A stretch of DNA of 64,000 nt from the NCBI RefSeq assembly GCF_947568905.1, contig NC_079164.1, positions 103,974,001 to 104,038,000 of the forward strand, written 5' to 3'. The DNA is from Ostrea edulis. Taxonomy: Eukaryota. Shown here one piece after another: positions 47,898-60,458 of the stretch. How positions within the stretch are numbered: position 1 is the first letter of the stretch; each line of letters opens with the position of its first letter. A program made the position numbers and the translations under genes. The notes beneath the pieces are model-generated. The model was not told the origin of the DNA and ran no database searches. It was given only the letters and a program-made list of their open reading frames with translations.

Positions 47898-48221
47898 CTT
47901 TTTCATTGTGGCAAATGCATTCAAATGACCACCATATTCATCACAGTGATTTGCAATAATAATTTCTACAAATTTTTCTTTCGGAACTACCACTTTTCCT
48001 GTAGGTAAATGGATTAGAACATTTTCTGATTCACGATAGAGTAACCTCTGAATCCATGATTTAAATTTTCGAAAAGGTCTTGGGCGAGCGGTTTCTTCCT
48101 GGCTTGCAAATTTGGCTTCCAATAAATCTCTTTTGCTTGGGAAATGCCCATGTGCCAAAAACCTAACGATTATATCGTACTGCTTTTGATTTAAGCAACC
48201 ACCGCGTCCCACTTCTTCCAT
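47898..48221 (-). CDS. H2C2-domain gene, exon 1 (integrase zinc-binding domain, N-half)
   Basis: MEEVGRGG...GKVVVPKEKFVEIIIANHCDEYGGHLNAFATMKK; donor gtgggc at 47897, phase 0. An upstream in-frame ATG at 48314 is also possible. Confidence 0.8.
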
Positions 48222-48823
48222 TTTGTTTCCCAAACACCAGAGTGACGAAGATTGACATTCATATTCTTTCGCGCTCACAACTACTGTCCATTCTCTCACC
48301 AGAGGGCGTTTCACGGCTACCCATGTCCTAAATCATAATGTATCGGTTATGCAAGAAAATTCGTTTGAAGTGTTTCCGGTTATGAGTTAAAAGAGAACAA
48401 CATGCCGCTTCGACAGGTAGGTAGATCTGAGTTTTTCTTGTTTATGATAATTTAACCACTGTTGACGAAAATCGGGGAATGTAGTCAGCTGTAGAAATGA
48501 TTAAAGTACACGAAATAACCACAATTACCCATATCTAAAGCGGCAAGACGACACGAGATGATTTTCCGAGAGCCGAAGGAGGTTGAATTTTGAAAATTTC
48601 TCATAGCTCTCGATTGTCAGGGTCAATATCAGCTCAATCAGCTAACCAGTCGAAATAAGTTGACCACTCTAGGGACGATTTGTGCAAGTTAAAATTAAAA
48701 TATTCTACTTTTTTGATGTTGGTGTTTGTATTTTGCCAAAATTTCTATCCAAACGGGTCAGGTAATGCGTTAGGGGATAAGTTATGATTTAATGGATTGG
48801 TTAAGATTTAGAGGAAAATTTGG

Positions 48824-49084
48824 TTATCGCAATTCACCTTTGAATTAGAAAGCTTTACCCGATATAGTATTGCGTTGTGTGACGACACAATTGAATGAGA
48901 CGATTGAACAATTTGAATGACATGTTTGATGTAATACAGCAAGAGTTTTCATTGGCCGCCCACTTTCTCGAGCGGATTCAGTGTAGCTGGAGAACTGTAC
49001 ATAGCTCTCTGAAAAGATCCACCTCTTATAAAAACCTTTGAATTACGGGTCACAAAAAGCTGCGGACGGTTGAGGCCTGAAATC
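48824..49084 (-). mobile_element. Fragment of the 34744-35957 element (its right-hand ~270 bp)
   Basis: Reverse complement of 35686-35957 with few differences. Confidence 0.8.
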
Positions 49085-49085
49085 C

Positions 49086-49233
49086 TTAATAAGGAGGGGG
49101 ACTCATGATGTATGAAACAAGTGCCTGTGAAACAAGTGTCTATGGTATTATTAAGGAGGGGGGACTCATGTATGAAGCAAGTGTCTGTGGTATTATTAAG
49201 GAGGGGGGACTCATGTATGAAACAAGTGCCTGT
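49086..49233. repeat. ~45-bp tandem repeat, 3 copies
   Basis: ttattaaggaggggggactcatgtatgaagcaagtgtctgtggta units. Confidence 0.85.
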
Positions 49234-49520
49234 GTTTTATACGTATTTTATTATACCGGTAGAAGGCCAATCTCTAAAGCTTACATGAGATAGACCGGGA
49301 ATTCACACATTATTGGAACCCCTTCCCCCTACAAGAATTATCAAAGGGGGGGGGGGGGGAGGAATATCCATACTTCAGGTGCCTGTGGAAAAAATACAAG
49401 TACTGATACTAAAGTTTTTTTTACCGCTAACTTCAGCTGTTCCTATGCAAAGATTCATTGAGTGTTTTCATTTCCATCCCAATACAACATACACTATTTA
49501 TTCTATTTTGTATTTTACAG

Positions 49521-49617
49521 ATGGAAAGAACTCAACACAGATGTGAATATAAAGGATGCGACAAATTTTACCATCAATTAAAAAGGGAAACTGACTTTGC
49601 ATATGAAAATTCAACAT
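49521..49617 (+). pseudogene. Degraded C2H2 zinc-finger exon
   Basis: After acceptor ttttacag: HRCEYKGCDKF...(frameshift and stop)...KGKLTLHMKIQH. Confidence 0.45.
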
Positions 49618-50717
49618 AGCTTTATTGACATCGGTCACTTACTTGTTTTGCTTTTGTTTGGTATTTAACATTAAAGAGAGATTACTTGAGTATGGTCTCT
49701 GGTTATACCTACTTCCGTTCTGATTTATCTGCATTTTACAATCTGAGAGTTGTCCCTTCATAAGCTCTCTTCTAAAACATTTCAAAGCAAACGTTACAGT
49801 AGGTAAGACACTTCGCTTTGTATACACGGATGTTTCGAGTGATGCTTGTGTCAACATGTTTTACGGGCTGTTATTTCTTTGCATAGAAAAAAAACCGGTA
49901 TCAAATTGCAGATACCTTTCTTAATAACAGTTTAGAGAGAAAACGTTTGCTTTGTTTTATAGCAATGTTTTATAATTTTTCAGAAAGAAGTAGGTTTTGT
50001 AGGGCATCTACTCTCACAATCATCTTAACGAATCTGATTCAGGGAAACAGCAATTCTTGAGAAACTCTACCCCGTTTGGTTAATTTTCATTCAGTGGTTC
50101 TCATGTGGAATTTAGTCAGCGGACAAAAGACGCCAAATGGTGACAACAACTAATTTGATATTATTGGTTAGATGAGGAGTATTCCGAATGTCCATTTTTG
50201 TTAGTTTAGTAATTATTGTACCACGCTCAAAATTATCTAGTATTTTTATTACACATTAGATTCTGACATGTAATCAAAGTTTAGTCCAAGTCTCTGCGGC
50301 TGCAACAGCTTAGAGTCGTTTATTCTGTAACCATCATGTTGCCTGATAGGTTGTTCTCTGGCATGTCGATTTGGTGCATTCGGTAAATACATTTTTTTGG
50401 AGGCAATCTCTGTCTAAATGGTCCCTGTGAAGTAGAGAAAACGTTATCATAATCACAAGACCATATCATGATAGCTTCCATGCTTATAAATTCATCCTAA
50501 AGAGTAAATTGACACAAGATCGACACCTACATGTATATAGTGTATCACCCCACCCCCCAGGGAATCTGACTATGGCCCCTTAACCATTTTACTAGGAAAT
50601 CAATATATTTCTATATCCTAATATGAAGTAATTCCTTATAGACTTTAACATTTGGTGTTCTGAATTTGAAGTAAAGTCCTAGACCAGAAAATGCAAAGTA
50701 ACAACATATTCTGTGCA

Positions 50718-50959
50718 ACATCATGTAGCGATTGGTGGACCGTTCTTGGCACACTGATTTTGGCTTCGGATAACTCCGTTTGCCTGGTCGGGATGTGGGG
50801 CTCACGGCGGGTGTAGCCGATTGACGGGGGATGCTTACTCCTCCTAGGCACCTAATCCCACCTCTGGTGTGTCCAGGGGTCCGTGTTTGCCCAACTCTCT
50901 ATTTTGTATTGCTTATAGGAGTTATGAGATTGGTCACTGTTCGTTATCTTCACCTTTCA
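50718..50959 (+). mobile_element. Penelope-like element 3' UTR fragment
   Basis: Same sequence family as 20.4-20.6k and 24.7-24.9k; least deleted copy. Confidence 0.6.
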
Positions 50960-52584
50960 TCAAGAAAGCATAAGCGTTACCTAAGTATTTGACAATTAAA
51001 CGTCATGCATAAGTACTCGACATTTACATAATCCGTTAATTTTTTACATAGTCATAAATAAGTTGCTTATACACACCTTAGAATAATACACTCTATCTTC
51101 TTCAATTCTCTGCACCTACTATACATACAGTTGACATACTATCTGGGTCTAGCCTTGATTGCCACGTCTTTGGTTCCAGAGATAAGCAGCATCTTTATTT
51201 AGTTTTTGTGAATATGTTCCTGAATAAATATACATATACGAGTACAATGCATGTACATTGAAGAAAAATATCTACAGCTTATAAAATTTTTTGCATGGAA
51301 AAGAATAGAGGTGAATTCGCAAATCGAAAACAGTATCAATCTTTTTCTCCCTAACACGACTAATATTTTTCATATACCTTCGTTACAAATAAAAAAAATT
51401 GATTTCAATAACTTCTAAGTTATTGCAGATCCAGAATCTACATACTAATCTAAATTACGTCACGTAATACAAACTCATTCAGGTGCGTAATACTACTGTA
51501 TCTATCAGCGGGGTGTGTATTAACCAAATTTTCCTCTAAATCTTAACCAATCCATTAAATCATAACTTATCCCCTAAAGCATTACCTGACCCGTTTGGAT
51601 AGAAATTTTGTGTTTGAATGTTGAATGGATTTACTGATAGGTCAGATCAAAACAAAGTCGGACCATAACAAACTCGGACTACAAAAAGTCGGACCATAAC
51701 AAACTAGGACCATAACAAACTCGGACTATACTTATAATTATGAATGTAAATTGAAATTAACAAATTAACTCATTTAATTTTTCTTTTCTTTTACATTTGG
51801 GCGTTATTATGAACTTGAAAATGACCGATTTACCTGTAGATGTGACATTTACAGGATCCAGCGAGGTGAAGGGGGGTGGGGGTGAAATTTCAGTTTTTCT
51901 GTTGGAGGACTTGTAAGTTTACTCTACTTGGAATTTATTTTGCCAAAGTTAAGCAGAAAAAAGCAACGGTTCCAATATAGAATTCTGAACACAATTTTAG
52001 CTATTCTAAATCGAAATTATGTACATTCTGCCAGAAACAATTTAACATTTGTTTTTGCGGATGTGCTAGTGTTCAGCATTTCTTCAGAGAATTTAAAGGT
52101 TATTCAAATATCAATAGCAATTTTTTTTAATGAAATTCGGAAACATTTACATATTGCATATAAAAATTATGAAAAAGATATATATACCTTTAGTAGCTTG
52201 TTATAAACATTTTGTACAAGTTTCTTTGCAGAATGTATTTATTGTATATATATATATAAAATATCAGAAAAAAGGTTTTCTATTAGAATCTATATACTTG
52301 CACCCCCACAGTGTGAGACCCCCCCCCCCCCGGAAAAGTAACCTGGATTCGCCCAAACTATTATTTACTAGATTACTATATGCGTAATTGATGTATTAGA
52401 AATAGCCAACATATGTTTTTAAAATAAATATTTTATTTCCCATGGTATAAAGAACAGTGTGATATTATACAAGACATAAAAAGAGATCAGGTTTGTCAAC
52501 CAAGCACATCACAGTATTATACACAAAGTCCAGAGAGTAACACTATGAACTTCGATGAAACACACACGGACACATCAGGGATTT

Positions 52585-52850
52585 TCAGTCATTGTTTGGC
52601 CCATAAATTCCTCCACACTCCCGCAAAAGTTGCGATACTGTCAAATCCCCGGCGACGTACTTGTTCCATGCCTCATGCAACCTGCCAGTGATGTCCTTGA
52701 ATCTTCTGCGTTGACAGCGCAGGGTCTGTTCCTCGGACACCAGCCGGACAGTCAGGTCTACCAATCTGGCTTCGCGTTGCAGAGTTGGAACGAGGATGTA
52801 GAAGGCGGCGTTGGCTTTCCCAATATCCGAATTGATTCTGGTATGCCAAC
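52585..52850 (-). pseudogene. MULE transposase, terminal exon
   Basis: GWHTRINSDIGKANAAFYILVPTLQREARLV...CGGIYGPNND*; completes RTNNDVEGWH (catalytic Glu motif). Confidence 0.85.
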
Positions 52851-53038
52851 CTGAAACAATGTAAAGAAACGGTTTTGTTAAATATAAATATCAGAATATT
52901 GTATTCTATTCCTTTCACAATGAATATAATGATTATTTCAACCATTTTTGGAAAATGCAATCTGAATATTTCAATTAATTCAATTTCATAAAATATAATA
53001 TATTCTATGGCGTAATTAGGTAGAAATTAGCAATTTAC

Positions 53039-53382
53039 CTTCTACATCGTTGTTTGTTCTGACATTGGTCTGGAAAATACTCCAATTCCTGGGCTGCCAT
53101 ACGGGGCTGCCAATCCAGTTGCTGTCGATGTATCCGACCAGCTGTTGTAGTTCTGGTGATGCGGCCCTGGCAGAGAGACGGTCAAAGGCTGGCTGGATGT
53201 CCGCCAGGGTAAGAAAGGCAAAGCCATCAGCGACCGGATGTAACGGTATTCTGGGCCGCGCTTGCTGTAGGTCGTTCTCAATCCCAGCTCCTGCACTTTT
53301 CGCCACACAGCCTGACCGAAGTGAAAAGCGCATCCTTTGATGATTGTGTTGGGAAATTCGTTGCGGATGGCTTTCCAGGCAA
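53039..53382 (-). pseudogene. MULE transposase exon with dead acceptor and a -1 frameshift
   Basis: AWKAIRNEFPNTIIKGCAFHFGQAVWRK...ALPFLP/LADIQPAF...RTNNDVE. The acceptor reads AA rather than AG; one base is missing near 53200; the intron end is tandemly duplicated. Confidence 0.85.
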
Positions 53383-53540
53383 TTAAAACATGGAATTGTA
53401 TTGTTATAATAGTATACATATAAATAACCTTTCAGGCACTTAAAACATGGAATTGTGTTGTTATAATAGTGTTCATATAAATTACTTTTTTTTAATCTGG
53501 AACAATTTGTATACTAGTTTAAATTTGTTAAATTTTGTAC

Positions 53541-53613
53541 CTTTCTCAAAGTCAACCACGAAAGATTGCACCTGGGGCACATCGTGAAGGATCTCCTTCA
53601 GTTTCTGAAAAAT
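53541..53613 (-). pseudogene. MULE transposase exon (second catalytic Asp)
   Basis: IFQKLKEILHDVPQVQSFVVDFEK; AG/GT boundaries, phase 0 to 1. Confidence 0.8.
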
Positions 53614-54001
53614 CTGAAATAGGATTGATATATAGTTATTCATATGCAAACCTAAGTGAAGATGCTTATCTATGTAGTAAATCTTTACATTTCAACAACA
53701 AACTATCATGGTACTCATTAGTAGAAAAAGTTTTAGAATATCTTAAAATTGGATATCCGTTACGAGATTTTAGTTAGTATAGATTTAGGAAAATTGTAAA
53801 GAAATAACTCTGTGATAAATACATTGAAATCTGGTACAATAATCGAAATAAATTAAACTGTGCACTTATTTTAGACTTGAGGAATATCTTAATAAAATAT
53901 AAAAAAAAAAATGATATTAGAAGAAATTAATAGGGTAGGCCTATCATGTTTGAGTATACGTTTTCATGTACTACAATGAAAATTACAGACAAAGAACTTA
54001 C

Positions 54002-54271
54002 GGCAACATAATCCCTGTCTTTCCTCCTGGACATTAGACAGAATACCAGTGGAACCTGTTTGAAACTTTCTCCTTTGGTAACAAACGCATGGATGGACCA
54101 AAGCTGCTGAAAAGGTTTGGCAAGGATCTTAAATGTCCCATCACAGAACCACCTTCTGGCTTGTTGCAGGATCCGCAGTTGATTTGGGGTCGAAAAAATG
54201 AGATGCCTCCCTTCATCAACTCGTATATCACCCACAAGGAAATCTCTGCATTGCAGATAATCTGTATCAAT
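54002..54271 (-). pseudogene. MULE transposase exon (first catalytic Asp)
   Basis: IDTDYLQ...RHLIFSTPNQLRILQQARRWFCDGTFKILAKPFQQLWSIHAFV...QVPLVFCLMSRRKDRDYVA; 270 nt, AG/GT. Confidence 0.88.
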
Positions 54272-54390
54272 CTGTAAACATGAGGAAGAAAATAAATGAA
54301 ACTGTCAGGGGCGTAGCTTCGTTAGGGTCAAGTAGGCACGTGCCTTCAGTTTCATCTTTTTGGCCTACACATTGAAATAGTCCTACCTAC

Positions 54391-54499
54391 GCTGCTCACC
54401 AGCTTCCTCTTTCCCCGTTGTGATCCCTGCTCTATGATCTTGTAGGTCACAGGAACATCTGGCAGAATATGTTCCTCGAGTGCTCGCTCTTGAAGGGAA
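54391..54499 (-). pseudogene. MULE transposase exon, FLYWCH N-terminal part (truncated)
   Basis: PVTYKIIEQGSQRGKRKLVSS; similarity then breaks next to a caggggcgtagc hAT-like end at 54306. Confidence 0.65.
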
Positions 54500-54640
54500 C
54501 TGAAAGTGTTCAAAGATCATTATTAATGTTATAGCATTATAGTGACTACAGTTATATAAGATATTTCCTATACTTAATTTATAATTTAAAAATGAATGTA
54601 TTGGTTTACTTGTTAAGTGAATCACTTAAGAAATGCATAC

Positions 54641-54765
54641 ACTTCTATGGCTTCTGGTTCGTCGCCAACAGGACTTCTTGTAACATCGAAACTAGCTGTA
54701 AGGTTATGCGTGGGTGGTGGGTCGGTCTCCTCACCTGTTGTGTCCGTCTGTCTGTCCGTCTGTCC
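54641..54765 (-). pseudogene. MULE transposase linker exon
   Basis: Open acidic exon GQTDRQ...ASFDVTRSPVGDEPEAIE; phases are consistent with its neighbours. Confidence 0.6.
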
Positions 54766-54912
54766 CTGTTTAAACATTATTTTGAAATGAAACTTATGCA
54801 TAAGTTTGGGGGGAAAACCCTCACATTAATGTTTTTAATAGAGAATATTCTTTTCATAAAGGTACCTTAAAGAAGGTAATGCTTTAAATACTGTACATCA
54901 AACGAAAATTAC

Positions 54913-55060
54913 CTCTCGATCTGACGTCTCTATAATATAAGTGGCGTTCAAACTACAGGTATTACTGCCACTCACACCACCCAGGATGATAGAAATGTCA
55001 AACTCCCCGTATTGTGGTGTTGTGTCCAAAGACTCTATATGAGTTGAATCCCTTGGACCA
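54913..55060 (-). pseudogene. MULE transposase linker exon
   Basis: GPRDSTHIESLDTTPQYGEFDIS...ETSDRE; 148 nt, phase 2 to 0. Confidence 0.6.
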
Positions 55061-55074
55061 CTGTAAGAAAGGAA

Positions 55075-55126
<52 letters not shown>

Positions 55127-55313
55127 ATAGTACCATCATATAAAATCAGCCCTCGAACGCTATATCAGATTACCACCCCACCCCCCCCTCAAAAACACTA
55201 TATTGTATGTATACAAGATTTATCAATAAGTATAAAAAAGATATGACATATGCGCATATTGCATGTTTTATTTCATACGACTTAAAATATTACCCAAGTT
55301 TTAAATTCCATAC

Positions 55314-55410
55314 CTGATTGTTTCTTCTTGGCTTCTCTTGCATCTGGTGCAGGTGAAGTGAATTGTGACATCTGACCTGATCATCTCTCTGTACGCACGC
55401 ACAGAAATTC
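55314..55410 (-). pseudogene. MULE transposase exon 2 (PHD finger C-half)
   Basis: GISVRAYREMIRSDVTIHFTCTRCKR; phase 1 to 2. Confidence 0.75.
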
Positions 55411-56142
55411 CTATAATATAAATATAAAATATAAATGAAAGTATTATTTCATGAATTAGCTCTACGAATGATTGATTTTGAAATAGTTATTCAATTTCAA
55501 TTAACATAATACAATTACGGAAAGGTGTGACATTCAATGTTGACTCAGTAGATTTGTAACGTTTTGAACGACAAATTATCATTGTGACACATAGCTATGC
55601 ATTCAATAGCATCGTAACTTTGGCAATAAACTACATGTCATGTTTAAATTTTGTTCAAAAAAACTATTTTTAAAATCGTTATAATTTAACTTAATATAAT
55701 CAAAAAACTATATTAACAGGCATTTTAGTTAACAGGCAGTTAAAGTGCGCCAAACCCCATTTTCCTTGTCACAAGGGTTTTTTCGATGACAGAAAACCAC
55801 ATTTTTAATTGTATTTGAGGGTTCAATTTAACATCAAGGTATGGCCGGTTAGTAAATAGAGATATTGTGATGTATTGATCACATTTACTGTACAAAACTG
55901 AAGGATTTCCAAGCCTAATTTGACAAAAACCGGATGTCACAAACAAGGGTGATCGTATTACTGTTTGAGAAAATAATCTAGAAGTCCTAAAAAAGAAGGC
56001 AAAATAATGTTCTCTAGAAGAATAAAGGGATAGACAATACATTTTTACACATAATTTTCTCCACAATTACCAAAAATAAGTTTTACAACAAAACCGCGAG
56101 TGTCCCGTTTCATGCAGTGGATTATGTAACCGGATTATTTGT

Positions 56143-56227
56143 TTAAGACTTCTTCCAACAAAGTCTTAACCTGAAGACTTATACTAACAAAGTCTTATTA
56201 CTCAGACTTCTACCAACAAAGTCTTAA
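56143..56227. repeat. Three tandem ~30-bp units, each a small hairpin (AAGACTT-N9-AAGTCTT)
   Basis: ttaagacttcttccaacaaagtcttaa and two variants. Confidence 0.8.
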
Positions 56228-57730
56228 CTATACTCAACTCGCGTTGGTTTCAAGGTTTATTTCTAACACAAACTCCGCAACATTCAAATACAATACCAGG
56301 TTCTATTCTCTTCTCCCTTTTGACAAATTTACAAACGTATATATATATATGAAATGGGTACGTGATTAACATTATTGACACTAATGCGCTATAATAAACG
56401 CAGCTGCAGTAGTGTACATTTTTGGTAACAAAACTGTCCCAACTGCCAATCATCTATGGGTGATGCAGGTACTGGAATAACAGTATCGCGAGTTTTACTC
56501 ATAAAGGTCGTACAAAACATGGTGACCTTTATGTATTTGTTTGCAATGTGGCTTACATAATTTCATCAGCTAAAATGACTAAATATGATCAGTGCGATTC
56601 CACAGGCCTGCATCACTCACATACATTGTAAATTTAATAATATAATCGGTAATACGCAAGATCGCGACTACTTTTTCCGTCTTGGTTTTTTTAAAATATT
56701 ACTTTCCCCTTTCAAAGTCTCGCGAGACCCAGAGTATGCGAGAATTTGGGCATGTTGGTAAATAATACCAGTTCTGCAACTTTTGTCGTGATCGATTCAC
56801 CCGATTTTAAACAATGGTGTACTATTATTGCATTGCAGTATACTGTAGTAATGATTCAAGAAGAACATAATACGCAGAAATATCCATAAATGATAGTTTT
56901 AATGGAAATGTGGTGGATTGTTTTCCCACTGCTGTCAGCCAGGAAATTCACAAAGCTTGCGTCAAAATATATAGCTTCGCGAGCTAAATTCAGAAGTTCA
57001 TTTTTCCTGTATCCAGACGTTTTACACACTTTTCATTTAAAAATGCTTTTAATTGTGGAAAGCATATGGAGGTTAAATTGTCTTCCGATGCCATGTTTTG
57101 AATAAACAAAAAATGCCCAAGATCGACACACTTTTCCGGACTTCTTTACAAGAGAGTTCCGCTAACTCAGTATTTACGATCTTGCGTATTAAGGCTAATA
57201 TAATCGATAAAGATAATGCAAGACTAATATAAGTGATAATACAATCAATTCTTAAGGTCATCTGGTTACAATTACGTTACGATTTTCTTAGTTATAAGGG
57301 AAATATATTTGGCACTTGCGGTTTTTGAAGAACTGTAATAAATCTTCTATTGATAAGAAAAATGTAGTATTCAAAATGTTTACTTCCATATTAACACTTA
57401 CAAATTCGTATGTGAATTACGTTACACCGTCTGTTTTATCAAACGGACTTATTTTAGTACAGAGTTTATTGTTTAAACCTATCAAACTTAATTGGGCACT
57501 AGAAATGGTGTATATGTTGCTAACATCATCCGTAAAAAGTTATGATTCTGCTTTTTCAGACTATACAACTGGTGATTTCGCCTAATATTTAATAGGGTGT
57601 GCGAAACGTGATTTAATTTGATGTTTAACGATCATAAAATTTTAGAGATATATTTATGTTATCATTTCAAAGATAGTGTAATAAGAATTTTCATTTTCCG
57701 TATTCCAATTTGTGGAATTGTGACTGTTAA

Positions 57731-58285
57731 GGTAGCTCCATCCTCATGTCACTTATCAATATTAATGGTTAAAAGTGGAAAAACTTTATTAATTTCCACT
57801 CAATATAGTTTAATTCAATTAATAACCAAAGAAAATGTATATGTTGCCACCTTTTTAAAGATGTCAGACATACAAAAACAGAAGTATATCAACATTAGAA
57901 AACACACATTTTCGTTAAACAGAATAATAAAAATAGATAAAAACTTGTTGAAATGACAAAATTTAAATATCAACAGTTTTAAAAGAACTGCTAATTCATA
58001 AATATGTATAGATTAATCATGGATATTAGGGAAACCAATGTATAATAGACATCCAGTTGAGGAAATTCCAGCACACGAGTTATTGCCCTTGACAACATTT
58101 TTAAAATCATAAATAATTGATTATCTATGGAAAATATAAACTTTTTCAGTATTAAGAGTATACCAGATTTTTTATTATATGCAGTGAATAATATTCCTCA
58201 AAAAGATATATTTCTATCATGCGCAAAGTTTAATTTATTAAGATTTTTGCAAAAACCTATGACGTCACATGAGGATCGATCAACC
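57731..58285. mobile_element. TTAA-flanked MITE (Kolobok-like) in MULE intron 1
   Basis: TIRs ggtagctccatcctcatgt / acatgaggatcgatcaacc with TTAA on both sides. Confidence 0.6.
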
Positions 58286-59356
58286 TTAAATCATTAGAAA
58301 ACATGGATATGCATTTTATGAATGAATGTGAATTACGTTACAAAGATGACCATTATCTCAAGTCTGAAAATAAATATTTCCTTTGAATGTTAACGTACAA
58401 AAACCTTTGATGGTTACAAATGAATGTAAATTACACAATTAAAGCAAAGGAAATAACGTTTATAGTTCTCAGAGTCTCAACAATTCATTATTTTAATACG
58501 TTAATATACAAAACACATGCACTATTTTTTCTTGAAAGTGAATAGTTTTTCATGTATCTTTATTACCAAATTAATTGTGTTTAAATTGGAATATATGTAG
58601 GCCCGACGGGTTGGGTGTTAATTTTAGTTGTATATTGGTTTAAAGATTATGTATGATTGCAGTTACATATTTTATATATCATTTATTTTATGCTATAGAA
58701 AGTTTTGCAATAAAGCATGTTCCAATGAAAGAGAAAACATATATCTGTTTAATCTCGTGCTCTTTACATTTTGTCGAAAGTTCAATAGAGCAATGGGAAT
58801 GGTATTCACAATTTTCATGGAGTGTATTACTCTATACTGTTACTTCAATAACTTGTGTAGCAAACCAAAGGATTACATAAAATATTTTAGTATAAGCAAT
58901 TATTAGCGTAAATCGTTAGTAAAAGTAAGTAGTAATAGTAAAAGTATCTATTAAGAAGATTACATCAAATCTTATAACATGATTTGTCTATATCAACTAT
59001 GATACATAATGATAAATTTCTGTAATTCATTGGTATACAATATTTAATGTTCCTGTGAAAACCCGGATTGATATATGTAAACGTTTACAAAATAGCATTA
59101 TAACTGGCTACTAAATAATTAAAATGTTGATGAATCAGCTTGTTTCATACAAACTTGTTTTCTATGGATGAGATTTATCCTTCATTCAAAACCTAGCGCT
59201 TCTAAAGACCTATGCATTAATTATTTGTAATTTGCTTATAAACATGCGATGATATACATGTGTAAATAACTTATTTAATATAAAAATCCATACACTCACC
59301 GGTATCGCATATTCTGTGTTGCCAGTGGTTACAGCAATCGCACAAAAGTGCATGTT

Positions 59357-60458
59357 GGGTCCTACTAAACAGAGTACTCTAGAGTACGTTAGAGTACTAT
59401 AGAGTACGCTAGTAAAATTTCATAATTTAATTGTTTATTTGTATGTATACCACTTAAATAAACATGATTATAAAATAATATTGCAAAATTTATCAAAAGT
59501 ATCTGCTTTTTTAGCGATATTTTGACAAGAAAACAACTGTTACATTAAGGAGGTATGCTACACTAGAGAAATTTGACGTAGATGAAAAGTGGAAGATATG
59601 TACAACAATATTTTGAAGTTGAAAATTTTCAAATTTACTTTAATTTGTCAAAAAATACAGTTTTAGTAGAAGGTATTCTGAAAAAAATTTAAAACCCCGG
59701 CTGGACTCGAACCTGCAACCTACATGTCAGCAGTCGGTATTCTAACCTACTGAGCTACTCGGCTAGGTATTTAAATGGAAAAGGAAAAGTCAAATATTGC
59801 TGATATCGATTTTTTCATCCATGTTTTTAAAGGAAGTCAGCCATTATGACGATGTAGAGTACTACCTTAAAGTTATTGACGATTTATGGCATCACGATCC
59901 CGATTATTTCTATTTTGTTTGGAGAAAAGAATTAAGCGATGTGACATATTGCATCAGTAATTAATTTTACGTATGATTGATAGTTATTTAGAATTGAATA
60001 ATTGCTGGCTTTTAAAAACACATCCAGTGTTGATTTAAAACCACAGCAACAATCACCAAAGAAATAATCTTCATAGATGTAATCATTTTCATTTTTATGT
60101 TAATCTAAATACCACTGAATGATTTATTTTCATGGAATTCACTGTTCAGTTGACTAAAAAAGACTTAATACTTTAAAAATAAGATTAAGGCATAATCTTG
60201 GGAAATTTAGTGTAATGCGCTGGTACTTTATATACATATGTAGTTAAATTTGATTGGGATCAAACGGTAAACTGTAATTCAAAATATTTTCTAAATATAA
60301 TGAAAACAAACACAATATATTCCAGATATATATTTATAAGGTTAAACTAAAGTAAGAACACCTACAAACAGCAGTTAAATTGCATTAAATTATGAAATTT
60401 TACCAGCGTACTCTAAAGTACTCTAACGTACTCTAGCGTACTCTGTTTAGTAGGACCG
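59357..60458. mobile_element. Mutator-type MITE with 9-bp TSD
   Basis: TIRs ggtcctactaaacagagtac(tctagagtac)n / (gtactct..)gtttagtaggacc; TSD gtgcatgtt at 59348-59356 and 60459-60467. Confidence 0.85.
59549..59866 (-). mobile_element. TTAA-flanked tRNA-containing MITE, nested in the Mutator MITE
   Basis: TTAA at 59545-59548 and 59867-59870; TIRs ggaggtatgctaca / tgtagagtactacc; reverse-orientation homologue of 45509-45829. Confidence 0.82.

Larger units (their letters stand above)
48737..51610. mobile_element. 2.9-kb region bounded by 90-bp near-perfect inverted repeats
   Basis: 48737-48826 vs 51521-51610 differ at one position (gcgttagg vs gctttagg); no TSD seen. Confidence 0.7.

Noticed and set aside
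56143-56227. CRISPR-like array
   Set aside because: Eukaryotic intron, only three units, spacers of just a few bases and no cas genes.
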